This document shows positions 10,701 through 18,052 of a stretch of 64,000 bases of DNA, piece by piece. Within the stretch, counting starts at the first letter, position 1. Each line of letters starts with the position of its first letter. Under the pieces are notes generated by a model that was not told the DNA's origin, searched no databases, and saw nothing but the letters and a program-made list of their open reading frames with translations. The translations under genes and the position numbers were made by a program. Location of the stretch: assembly GCA_000146465.1 (NCBI GenBank), contig CP001945.1. One strand, given 5' to 3'.

Positions 10701-11857
10701 TTAGGGAGATGTTTCTTAGGAAAAAAGAGAGAGAGGTAAAAAGCTACGAAAAAAACCTAAGAATCCAGAATCTAAAGATGGAGAGAATGGGTGCAAAGGT
10801 GAATTTCCTCAAGGATATAGAATCTGGTTTTGTTTCCAATGTTGTGGGATTATTTATCAACAACATAAGTGACTTCTCTTTGGAAATAGATGGGATGAAG
10901 GAAACATGCTTGTATACGACTTTCCAAGAGCTTGAAGATCTTCTGGCTTCTTTCTACTTATCTCAGCTTCAGAAAAATCTCTACAAGGTTCTTACGCACT
11001 TGGACTTTATGGGAAACATAGGAAGTTTCACCGAGTCTGTATCCATAGGAATTAAGGATCTTCTTACCGAGCCTTCCTTGAACTCCAATGTAGCTTGTGG
11101 AATCTTCAAGGGAGGAAAGAGTTTCTTGAAGAACACCATTTATGGTGTTTCTAACACAGTTGGAAAATTCTCTAAAAGCATAGGAACAAGTGCTAAGTTC
11201 ATTGGATGCAGTGCGGATCCTAAACACGAAAAATTCCGCCATTCCTATGCACGTGATATGCATCTTCTTATACCCCGGGCTAGACATTCAAAAGGTCCAA
11301 TGACATCTATACTCAAAGGAACAGGAAATCTTTTTGACTCGATAACGCGTGGAATGGTGGGGATAGCAACTTCTCCTGTGGAAGGAGCCTCAAATGGTGT
11401 TGCTGGTGTTGTGAAGGGATTGGGAAAAGGAGTCCTTGGTGCCTTTGCCGGACCGATCGCAGAAGTTGCCGACCTTGTAACTAATATTTCTGACACCATA
11501 AAGACGTCCATGAATGGAAGAGTCAAAAGGATCCAATATCCAAGGCCCGCAGGATTCCTTGGATGGTACGATGAGGGATTGAGCCAAGGCTTCTATATAT
11601 TTATGTCTATGGCCGGGAAAGTTCATGAAGAAGAAAGGTTTGTGGATGGGACATTTGGGGATTTTAACGGAAGATGCCAGCTGGTTTTGACAACAAGAAG
11701 ACTACTAATATCAGATACTACCACTATTCTTGACGTGTGCTTAGGAAGTATAGTTGTTGAAGGAGACGATCGAAAGTTAAAAATCGGAGAGTTCATCATG
11801 TCCATCGAAAGGCCCTCATTTGTTGCTTCCGTGAAGTCAATAATTGAAAGATGTTGA
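4736..11857 (+). CDS. VPS13: VPS13-family (chorein-N) bulk lipid transfer protein, reduced to about 2370 aa
   Basis: N-terminal LLRALNKFLGNYVENIDKHQFELGIFKGYVSVSNLRIK matches the chorein-N motif (LNRFLGxYVENxDxxQLxxGIWxGxVxLxNLxL). One uninterrupted 7.1 kb ORF. ATG verified at 4736. Confidence 0.75.
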   Translation: MGSLFGSPMLKKILLRALNKFLGNYVENIDKHQFELGIFKGYVSVSNLRIKSSVISRLFEGRVVSNSIGTLRVLVPWKSFSRKPIEIYVKDVDIKLGKAGFCWCFLDEKLCTECVEYEKYEFMTKLDKLSVLSDAREDNSTLFKDLIAGDGFRVLIENVNVEYVSGASIALRVQKVEFNKKTKGEVKNMKIFDAVGIEVVGASKVLGPFDIYSKIKMLPKDINPRIEVSLNDFHVEVKQQIAEEILRGAREYAEDRVRWTLFRSYLEYREILRTAREMNLWKDQEDPASSDRSVAMEIWKRLIRLQKKAMESKGVVLEEIPGIISKIKEYREILGRSGLSFKEVERKKRCEREICLERLLKVKRSLSEVSEKKSWKNILSFMKEEANNKRTSMIIPATFSVGEATVVIIDEKHQGFKIVVPKTRVGVKDLLSPSRLDFKGDKWRLYFIDARLNERDPHSELISLLLDVRGTLIQDGAGLYVKGIAKEWKVLGYRRELPHCFEGFMRLVKRSYVPSYGLAAPRGKTRADFKVDIVSMESDLERFVKIEPSSRYGIECAGMVLSYVNDEINTKRAASLTISSSFVYRVNSVSKEREALSNKIETTVLLVDNVFYVKTSMVDLYAHGVYPNDFRGNGVVFPVGFVVPNFEVCSDAIRINGPDGRAELQRIKMSGNGGSIFDMEIFKGKVLDSNGKTMCRIPRMKIEARIGRALLLDVVYLKICGRARRIARLARGMTWMANGEVSTKVIARIKRIEGDIRCKGSILRIIVDEYFQGLAKSVRAVLNESIINIENFEAGEEFGWKSAVLTIRKEDLKNLDGFGRIFKKIGSRSSAFKASAGGLVIKLLNGGEIEIESLRIFRDEGGMIIYPFEVKVFNTGDSSTSADSRKREVEMCISKIEISDTKATIEGSIKGEINEETLIKIKDGIKEIPIPSGGSLETVVLLDISLSMVISGNPLKIACPLTLWQKADEYEITLQQIEIASGDGQNTNLFEVHAKGADGVLRLSVSKMEIHIEPFRLASILYPLVHGTGDTDFVKKVEVDIEEIFAKTKSIDGIRMRNVRYRDELLLQFSVLDEPGSKVAYKRVNGSESYLLSVIGGSYELSSLAALVSFCSSEYMQIYSKFGIQVSRARLHVLCMDLKVLLGDALFALRINLPIVYFDMEDLNSFKGRALCSLDVYDSNSMEFIPFIEENVLLARKYGTFLDVRTLTKLRILYLDEITSTIWSLFASEETGITMFGKPFRNKVSIRNITDTVLWVKTKRYAGRVGKGQFHEFDVDYDEHRIQIGKDEACALVYIVNSCSTSFVSEGKSFVIEVTYDGKLRGITITHVLSFLNLCDIELMGKMDYLDGSALELHMLPEFHHTIPQEKDFFLEIGMHGKYVSAGKINVSSAPKDATSTFGMICKLGLVEIGIDTVVRNAGSVSCVVIILYPIFEVMNRTASVLNLILSVGKDNTPGGESETQKKNIPLSVDRDCKEDIYGISFSELPLLYVQSLGSRATARAFENKASIEINSHYSGEIRKEQAEIISFFGRHTLAHRIRMVIYSPMVIINHLGNDIWINGARFGPGPSCSNRLKDIHSLAVGEYSIEESVEVGKKFTKAFILKKRGFKGHKTWKSHEGQEWSNEAIFGGFGPKTGIQPSCIRLLLEFGEDQGRRIIECKYTYLIRNQSQMRLLAVSEHVCYYVEPHEEVPLNTSTNGFYLFIADSVNIRSPRLSGVFIPLDIKIRKYFKLQGSDAILFSVSKVTDSGQHVFGIRTEKYWPYTIHNGIDVGLRFSQKYDTIEHYVEKGSVYRYAPDSLMLDPEILLCIEDQIIQVNLNEDQVLLVHGITVSISQGSTTRVVRVSRGEISSSECRICLGIVIDSLSISLVNKEGNEVLCSHIEGLEIGAECISREAGIPELMAHPKYVEFVIQGTAESIQVDNQSLFCAFPVVFHPLDKYLRIETERRNRKKLLVFDFTFGSSAQNVSVSNLYFKTEAFALNIEENLAKSIREMFLRKKEREVKSYEKNLRIQNLKMERMGAKVNFLKDIESGFVSNVVGLFINNISDFSLEIDGMKETCLYTTFQELEDLLASFYLSQLQKNLYKVLTHLDFMGNIGSFTESVSIGIKDLLTEPSLNSNVACGIFKGGKSFLKNTIYGVSNTVGKFSKSIGTSAKFIGCSADPKHEKFRHSYARDMHLLIPRARHSKGPMTSILKGTGNLFDSITRGMVGIATSPVEGASNGVAGVVKGLGKGVLGAFAGPIAEVADLVTNISDTIKTSMNGRVKRIQYPRPAGFLGWYDEGLSQGFYIFMSMAGKVHEEERFVDGTFGDFNGRCQLVLTTRRLLISDTTTILDVCLGSIVVEGDDRKLKIGEFIMSIERPSFVASVKSIIERC

Positions 11858-11943
11858 CAGACATCAGATATGCAGTGTAAAAAACCAAAGATCTAATAAA
11901 ATTTTATCATTAATAAATGCATATGGCTCTGCCATGATGTCTT

Positions 11944-12849
11944 CTACAAGAAATAGTCAGGGATTCTGGTGGAGACAAGGGTTTCGATCTTTGTAGGTGA
12001 GGGCTCAAACTGAGTAAAGCTGTATGTTCCATATTCATCCATTTCCATGAGCGTGGCTAAATTCCCACACCTATAGCAGTAATTTGGGGCACTAAATATG
12101 GTGACGCATCCCTTTTCATGGCTCCAATTGAATCCATTCATCACAAGCTGATGTGCCCTGCATATCATCTTCAATCCATTTCTCTCATTAAATGCATCTG
12201 TTATATCCTTTCCAAATGTAAATCCTGCACCTCGAGGAGAAGGCCCCCATCCAAGTTTTTCATCTGGGTCGGACCAGAGGAGATCACACATAGGGCCTTC
12301 GTGTGGAATCTCAACCTTCCTATCGATAGCCTTCAACTGGTCCAGTGTGTCAAACGATGGACTCAATCCCCCATGGCAGCAGAACGTGTCGTTCCCAACA
12401 ACAGCTGCAACAGGCAGGAAATCAAAGAGGTCTGTAAAGTATCTCCACACAAGAGATGTTCCATACTTTCTGACACATTCATCATAGAACCCATACACTT
12501 GAGTTATTTGCCTACTTTCATGGTTTCCCCTAAGTAGCCATACCCTATCAGGATATTTCACCTTTAAACATAGCAAAATGGAGATTGTTTCAACCGAATG
12601 GTATCCTCTATCTACATAGTCTCCCATAAATAAGTAATTTGTATATGGCGGAAGGCCTCCAACCTTGAACAATTCCATAAGATCGTAGAACTGCCCGTGG
12701 ACATCTCCGCATATTGTTACCGGTGCCTTGACACTAACAACATTTTCTTCCTTCATCAACATTTCAGTTGCCTTTTCACACAGGTCCTTTACCTCTGCCT
12801 CCGTTAGTAAATTACATTTGAATAGCTTCTCAAGATAGCTCTCGATCAT
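11944..12849 (-). CDS. Serine/threonine protein phosphatase 2A catalytic subunit
   Basis: [23 protein letters not shown] and the PP2A-diagnostic C-terminus TRIPDYFL. 301 aa. ATG verified. Confidence 0.9.
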   Translation of the reverse strand: MIESYLEKLFKCNLLTEAEVKDLCEKATEMLMKEENVVSVKAPVTICGDVHGQFYDLMELFKVGGLPPYTNYLFMGDYVDRGYHSVETISILLCLKVKYPDRVWLLRGNHESRQITQVYGFYDECVRKYGTSLVWRYFTDLFDFLPVAAVVGNDTFCCHGGLSPSFDTLDQLKAIDRKVEIPHEGPMCDLLWSDPDEKLGWGPSPRGAGFTFGKDITDAFNERNGLKMICRAHQLVMNGFNWSHEKGCVTIFSAPNYCYRCGNLATLMEMDEYGTYSFTQFEPSPTKIETLVSTRIPDYFL

Positions 12850-13103
12850 TTCTTTCCCCTTCAGGGTCTAAATATTTTTTCTGTTTCATCTTCGCACTTC
12901 GGCCTCCGATGCCTGCTAAGGTTCAAACAGCAACTTTCTCCACATCCACAGAAACCCGGAGGTAGCATCTGAACCATAAGCCATATCAAAGGTAATTCAA
13001 AAATGCAATCCTTTTGCTATGATTGGCTTCATTAATTTAAATTCTGTAAATGACTTTTTAATATTCAACCTTTGCTAAACACACCCTCAGGAACCTGCAT
13101 CGT

Positions 13104-13901
13104 ATGACAAATAGCTCAGCCTTCACTTCAAGCGACAACGAACAATACTCTACAGCAGTAGATAAAATGCATATCAAGCCTTTTTATGAAATACTCTGGT
13201 CTTCCAGTGACAACATCGAGCTTGAGGACTTGGGAAACGACCCTTTTGTGGATAATAGTGTCTTTGATTCGATTGGAATCTCCCACCTAAGACCATCAGG
13301 GAAGGAAGGAAAGTGCAAGGAGAAAGGCATGTGGACGTCTCTGCATGGGGTCCGGAATCAAAACAGAGCCTCCCCTGCACCCGTTGCGGGAAGGCATCTC
13401 ATAGATTTTTGGAAAGACTTCAGCAATGGTGAGGTTTTTTCTCTTCCCACTCTTGGACCTGGAAAAAGTGACAGCATCCAGAGGATTTCCGTTGATGTTG
13501 CTAAACAGGTTGTCGAAGGGATGTATAACATAGATTACTTGGTGATCGATTGCAGATTCCCATACGAGTATCAAGGAGGACACATAAGAAACGCGGTAAA
13601 CATAAGCTCCGCCAGGGAGTTGGGGATCCTCTTTCGGAAGCCTAAGGTTTTAATCTTCCACTGCGAATTCTCATCCATAAGAGCCCCGAAACTTGCTCAG
13701 TATCTTCGGAACATGGACAGGATGAAGAACCCATATCCTCTCCTGACCATTCCTGAGGTGTATGTCATGGAAGGGGGATACAGGAAGTTTTACAGCAAGT
13801 ATCCAAGCCTATGTGATCCAAAAGGATACATAACAATGGGCAGTCTTGGCTATAGAGATCTGTATAAAAAAAACAAATTTAGATCAAATAAACGATACTA
13901 A
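13104..13901 (+). CDS. Cdc25-like dual-specificity phosphatase (rhodanese fold)
   Basis: IDCRFPYEYQGGHIRNAVNI, then the active-site loop IFHCEFSSIRAP (Cdc25 CX5R motif HCEFSSERGP), then EVYVMEGGYRKFY. Confidence 0.75.
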   Translation: MTNSSAFTSSDNEQYSTAVDKMHIKPFYEILWSSSDNIELEDLGNDPFVDNSVFDSIGISHLRPSGKEGKCKEKGMWTSLHGVRNQNRASPAPVAGRHLIDFWKDFSNGEVFSLPTLGPGKSDSIQRISVDVAKQVVEGMYNIDYLVIDCRFPYEYQGGHIRNAVNISSARELGILFRKPKVLIFHCEFSSIRAPKLAQYLRNMDRMKNPYPLLTIPEVYVMEGGYRKFYSKYPSLCDPKGYITMGSLGYRDLYKKNKFRSNKRY

Positions 13902-14057
13902 TTGCTCATCTTTGTATAAAACTTCCGCAATCCATTGTCCTTAAGAAATAACACAAGCAGAGTTTATTACTGTTTCAACCTTCTCGAACCAATTCTCCTC
14001 TAGAATTCTAAACGTGTTCTCAGAAAACAGATAAAAGAAACATATCTCCAAGGCTAA

Positions 14058-14330
14058 ATGAAAAACTGGATCCTATTAGCTTTGAGAGCATGTAGAGCAA
14101 TATCTCCAGAGCCAGGGACAGCAGTAAACAACGTGCTCGAGAACTGGAGCCTGGATTTCGATGAGTATGTAGAGAAAAATATACAAGCTGGAAGAAATAA
14201 GGAAGGAATTGTTAGGTACTCCAGCAAATGCTCTGGAAACGACTGCAACTCCGAGAAGACAGGATGTGCTGATAACCTTTGCAAAAGTAAGCCAGGGAAG
14301 TTTTCGTATAGATATGATCTTTTAACTTAG
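14058..14330 (+). CDS. Hypothetical small secreted cysteine-containing protein (90 aa)
   Basis: ATG ORF with a signal-peptide-like N-terminus MKNWILLALRACRA and several Cys. It sits in a roughly 530 nt gap that is otherwise gene-free. No recognisable family. Confidence 0.3.
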   Translation: MKNWILLALRACRAISPEPGTAVNNVLENWSLDFDEYVEKNIQAGRNKEGIVRYSSKCSGNDCNSEKTGCADNLCKSKPGKFSYRYDLLT

Positions 14331-14429
14331 TTTTCTCTCAATAATAACTCCTTATTCTAAAGTCCCATTTGCTGAATTTCACTAACCGCCACCCCAAACT
14401 TCTATAGAGAATTTTAGTAATACCCTCCA

Positions 14430-14894
14430 ATGGAGATCCCGGTGGAAATAGCCAGTAACTTCTGGAAGATAGCCTTCTTTCTTCTGGTTCTTTACGTAGT
14501 TCTAGAGAAGAGACCCAGGATTAGAACCAAAAAGCCTGTCGAGAAAGGAGAATATGGAATGAACATTATAATCAACAAGGATTATAATATGACCAAGGGT
14601 AAAGTTATTTCCCAGATCTGTCATGGGATGGCCTCTGTGATGGAGCATCTGTTTAGAAACAAAGAACTATTTCTTGAATGGAAGAGAAACCAAGAGCCTA
14701 AGATAGTTCTGAAGGCCTCTGGAGGGGAGATTGAGGAGATTATAAGACTGGCCAAAAAGAACGGTGTTTACTACCACAAAATACACGATGCCGGTAGGAC
14801 ACAGGTCCCTTCTGGTGCAAACACGGTACTTATGCTTGGCCCAGCACTGAGATATAAGCTTTTGTCCATTTCTGGCCATTTGAAACTGTATTAG
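14430..14894 (+). CDS. PTH2: Peptidyl-tRNA hydrolase 2 (PTH2) with N-terminal membrane anchor
   Basis: GKVISQICHGMASV...LEWKRNQEPKIVLKA...HDAGRTQVPSGANTVLMLGP...GHLKLY at the C-terminus. PTH2 family proteins end in GHLKLY. Hydrophobic N-terminal helix. Confidence 0.8.
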   Translation: MEIPVEIASNFWKIAFFLLVLYVVLEKRPRIRTKKPVEKGEYGMNIIINKDYNMTKGKVISQICHGMASVMEHLFRNKELFLEWKRNQEPKIVLKASGGEIEEIIRLAKKNGVYYHKIHDAGRTQVPSGANTVLMLGPALRYKLLSISGHLKLY

Positions 14895-15086
14895 ACCGCC
14901 TACCCATTCCAACCGTCCAAATCCATGGAACTGTCTTGATATATAATAAGCAAGCTGTGTTCGTTGGTTGGATCAAGGCGGTAATGCTATTTGGGCTACC
15001 CCTTTAATCCTCCAAATGCTAATTAAAAAGACTAAAAATATAATCCGGATCACTTTCTTCTTTATTATTCCCTCCCAAGAGAAGTT

Positions 15087-15611
15087 ATGAATTCTAAAAT
15101 GTTTTTGGTAGTCATTATCTTTTGGATCTTCCAAGTAGTAGAGGTGGGCGTGATCGATGCTCTTGAACATGCTTTTGTTAATGCCAAGGTGTACCAAGTT
15201 CACAATTTTCCAGACATTCTGGGAATGGATTACAACAAGGATATCCGATACATAAACTTTTACGCATTCTTGAGTGGTGTTATATGTACATGGATTTTGG
15301 TGTTTCCGTTGACAATCAAGCTAGTCATCCTTGCTGTCTTCGGCACAGAGGATGATTCTGAGAAGGTTGGAGATTATTTTCTATGGTTCCATTTGGCTTT
15401 ACTACTTCTCCTGACGTTTGCTGATATTTTGATTCTTTGGACCTGTGATCGAGATACACTTCGGGCTCAGGCAACTGATGCCTATGGCCTTTATTATATC
15501 TATAGAAACCATAAACTTTTTTACTTATCACATTTGGTTGCAGAGATTGTTTCTTTGGTGGGAGTTGTATTCTATGGATGTTTGTTCAAAGATATCTACT
15601 TGGCCGGATAG
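15087..15611 (+). CDS. Hypothetical multi-pass membrane protein
   Basis: 174-aa ATG ORF with about four hydrophobic helices. No recognisable motif. Confidence 0.3.
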   Translation: MNSKMFLVVIIFWIFQVVEVGVIDALEHAFVNAKVYQVHNFPDILGMDYNKDIRYINFYAFLSGVICTWILVFPLTIKLVILAVFGTEDDSEKVGDYFLWFHLALLLLLTFADILILWTCDRDTLRAQATDAYGLYYIYRNHKLFYLSHLVAEIVSLVGVVFYGCLFKDIYLAG

Positions 15612-15656
15612 ATAAACAGAATGGTTTTTAAGTACATGGCCGTGGTTTCATGTTTC

Positions 15657-16337
15657 TTACTTTTCCAGAATTACCATAAAACTTCTTTCGATCTTCTCGG
15701 TTATGCTCCTGTCGGGAGCTGAAACTCCTTTCTTCCTACTGGAAGGAACTACAAAGTACAAATCCCTAATCTTCTCATTGATAAACTTGGGTGTGACAGT
15801 CACTCTTCTTGGAGATATAGGAAAATCTCCTTCTAAAGCCACTACATAATCATCAGACTCCAGCTCCTTGCATCCAGGGGGAAGAGAGCAAATGTGCCCA
15901 TCTCCGCCTATCCCGAGAAGACATACATCGATGTCCGGGAGCTCTGCAGAATACATCTTGGCTGCCTCATCCAAAGGTCTTGAAGTCCATATTCGATGCA
16001 CGTCTGCGTTGGTCTTGCTTATAAATCCTATTGATCCAGTGTAGTTCAAATGGTTTTGGTCTGCTCTCTCATCAGAATAGAATATTCTCCACCCCGAGGT
16101 GTCCATAGTCAGGTATCTTTTGTCCTCAAGGCATTGAAGTAGAGACCCTCCAGAGATCATCAGTGCTAAGCTTCTTCCAGAGTATTCTTTTAAGATTCGA
16201 TATATCTCTGTGCTGAAGTCTTCTGTAAACAAAACATCCATTAGGGGTTTAAGACTAATCGGACAAAGATCTAGAAACAGGATTAATGGCTGTTTAGAAA
16301 AAACCCATATTTTATTCTTCCTTACCTTCCTCAACAT
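15657..16337 (-). CDS. 6-phosphogluconolactonase (pentose phosphate pathway)
   Basis: LMISGGSLL (SGGS), WRIFYSDER, CLLGIGGDGHICSLPPG (LGxGxDGHTASLFP motif). The track start is TTG. Start chosen at the ATG giving MLRKVRKNKIWVFSK; it overlaps the 3' end of RPL22 by 26 nt. An alternative ATG at 16241 avoids the overlap. Confidence 0.65.
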   Translation of the reverse strand: MLRKVRKNKIWVFSKQPLILFLDLCPISLKPLMDVLFTEDFSTEIYRILKEYSGRSLALMISGGSLLQCLEDKRYLTMDTSGWRIFYSDERADQNHLNYTGSIGFISKTNADVHRIWTSRPLDEAAKMYSAELPDIDVCLLGIGGDGHICSLPPGCKELESDDYVVALEGDFPISPRRVTVTPKFINEKIRDLYFVVPSSRKKGVSAPDRSITEKIERSFMVILEK

Positions 16338-16650
16338 TAATATACTTGAGTTCAAATCCATCTGGCCCTTGTGCAAAAATCTTGATGAAAGCCCTAAGCT
16401 TCTTCATATGTAGAAACCTTGCTATCTGCCACTTTATTCCCCGCTTTGGTATAAATCCTCCTGTGACATTCACTTCAACAATGTTCCCGCTCACCTCGAT
16501 CTGGAGAAGCTTTTCCTTCTTTCCCATGTGGCATTTGATCTTCTGTTGAAGAAATGCCCCCAGGTCCGAAGGAGAGACGAGACTGTCGGATGCCGGCTTT
16601 GTACAGTCAACAGTAAACTTCCTTGTGGTCTTCTCCGATGCCGTTGCCAT
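16312..16650 (-). CDS. RPL22: 60S ribosomal protein L22 (eL22)
   Basis: KFTVDCTKPASDSLVSPSDLGAFLQQKIK...IEVSGNIVEVNV...KWQIARFLHMKKLRAFIKIFAQGPDGFELKYINVEE matches eL22. AAAAATTTT and GGGG motif lies upstream. Confidence 0.85.
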   Translation of the reverse strand: MATASEKTTRKFTVDCTKPASDSLVSPSDLGAFLQQKIKCHMGKKEKLLQIEVSGNIVEVNVTGGFIPKRGIKWQIARFLHMKKLRAFIKIFAQGPDGFELKYINVEEGKEE

Positions 16651-16709
16651 TTGTCTTATTGGGGTGAAAAATTTTGGCTCCAGAAGAACACAAAACTGAG
16701 CTTTGGATT

Positions 16710-17999
16710 TTAGAGGCCTAGCTCAATGGAGTCTCCACCAAAATAGCCTTGCAAAACATCGGGGATGCTAATCCCTCTCTCATTTTGATAGTTTTCCACA
16801 ATGCAGCATAGTGTCCGTTGAATTGCACACATGGTTCCATTCAGTAAATGGACGTAAACCTTGCGGTTGTTCTCCTTGGCAATTCCATACCTGATCTCAA
16901 GCTCTCTCGACTGGTAATCCGTGCAGTTTGAGCAAGAAACCAACTCTCTGTATTTCTCTGCATTCGGGAAATACGCCTCAAGATCGTACTTCATGACTGC
17001 TGCATCATTCAACTCCCCAGATACAATGCTTACAACATTATAACTTATGTCTAATGACTGGTAGAACTCTTCACATATTTTTATCATCTCTTCATGATGT
17101 CTTTCAGACTCCTCAGGGCTGCATATTACAAACTGTTCAATCTTCTCAAACTGATGGACCCGGAATAGCCCTGCATTATCTTTTCCATGGGCTCCAGCTT
17201 CCTTTCTGAAGCAGAGAGACTGCCCACAGAACTTTTTGGGAGTCTCCTGAGGAACAATTCTTTCGTCCATGTACAGTGCTGCGAGAGACTGCTCAGACGT
17301 TGCAACAAGATACAGGTCGTCCTCAACCTTGTAGAGCTGATCGTCAAAATCACTTAGCTGTGATGTCTTTCCCATCACGTCTCTTTTGAGCATCACCGGT
17401 GTTTGGATATAGACATAGCCCTTGTTCTCAAGAAAGTCAATAGCATATCTCGAAAGAGCCTGTGCTAGCCTGGCCATCTTTCCAGATAGATAGTATCCTC
17501 GATGCCCTACCACCTTTGCCCCTGCTTCCGGATGAGTGAAGTCTTTCATTAGCACACAAAAAGGCTTTGGATCTTTCTTTATGCTTCTTCCACTTCTATA
17601 GGACCTTATAATCTCATTGTCCTTTTCGTCATTACTGACCACAACTTTGGGAGAAATAATGTTTCCTATCCCTTTCATCACCTTACTAAGCTCATCTTCG
17701 ATAACCTTTACATCTTCTTTGAGTCTTTTTGCTTCCCCCTGAATGTCTTTCATCTCTTTAACTTTTTCTCCAAGATCTGCATCCTCTTTATTCTTTCCCT
17801 GCTTGTATCCCGACTTTATCTCTCTGTCCAGTTGGTTAACTCGAGTATTGATTTGGTCGAGCCGGAAGTTGGTTTCTATCTTTCTTCTGTCCAATTCATA
17901 GGCCCTTTCAACACCTGTTCCATCTCGAAACCGCTTCTTCTCGCTCTCAACCACCTTTTCACGGCTCTTTTCATCTCTAATTAGACCGATGTCGATCAT
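16710..17999 (-). CDS. Seryl-tRNA synthetase (class II)
   Basis: N-terminal coiled-coil arm (MIDIGLIRDEK...). Class II motifs include FRKEAGAHGKDNAGLFRVHQFEKIEQF and GISIPDVL near the C-terminus. Start at the internal ATG (17999). Confidence 0.9.
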   Translation of the reverse strand: MIDIGLIRDEKSREKVVESEKKRFRDGTGVERAYELDRRKIETNFRLDQINTRVNQLDREIKSGYKQGKNKEDADLGEKVKEMKDIQGEAKRLKEDVKVIEDELSKVMKGIGNIISPKVVVSNDEKDNEIIRSYRSGRSIKKDPKPFCVLMKDFTHPEAGAKVVGHRGYYLSGKMARLAQALSRYAIDFLENKGYVYIQTPVMLKRDVMGKTSQLSDFDDQLYKVEDDLYLVATSEQSLAALYMDERIVPQETPKKFCGQSLCFRKEAGAHGKDNAGLFRVHQFEKIEQFVICSPEESERHHEEMIKICEEFYQSLDISYNVVSIVSGELNDAAVMKYDLEAYFPNAEKYRELVSCSNCTDYQSRELEIRYGIAKENNRKVYVHLLNGTMCAIQRTLCCIVENYQNERGISIPDVLQGYFGGDSIELGL

Positions 18000-18052
18000 T
18001 CCTGGGGATCCATCCAAACATTTTATCGAAGAAAGTAAATCAAAACATCTTT

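Noticed and set aside
12118-12537. 139-aa + strand ORF inside the PP2A gene
   Set aside because: Antisense to an unambiguous PP2A catalytic subunit CDS. No motifs.
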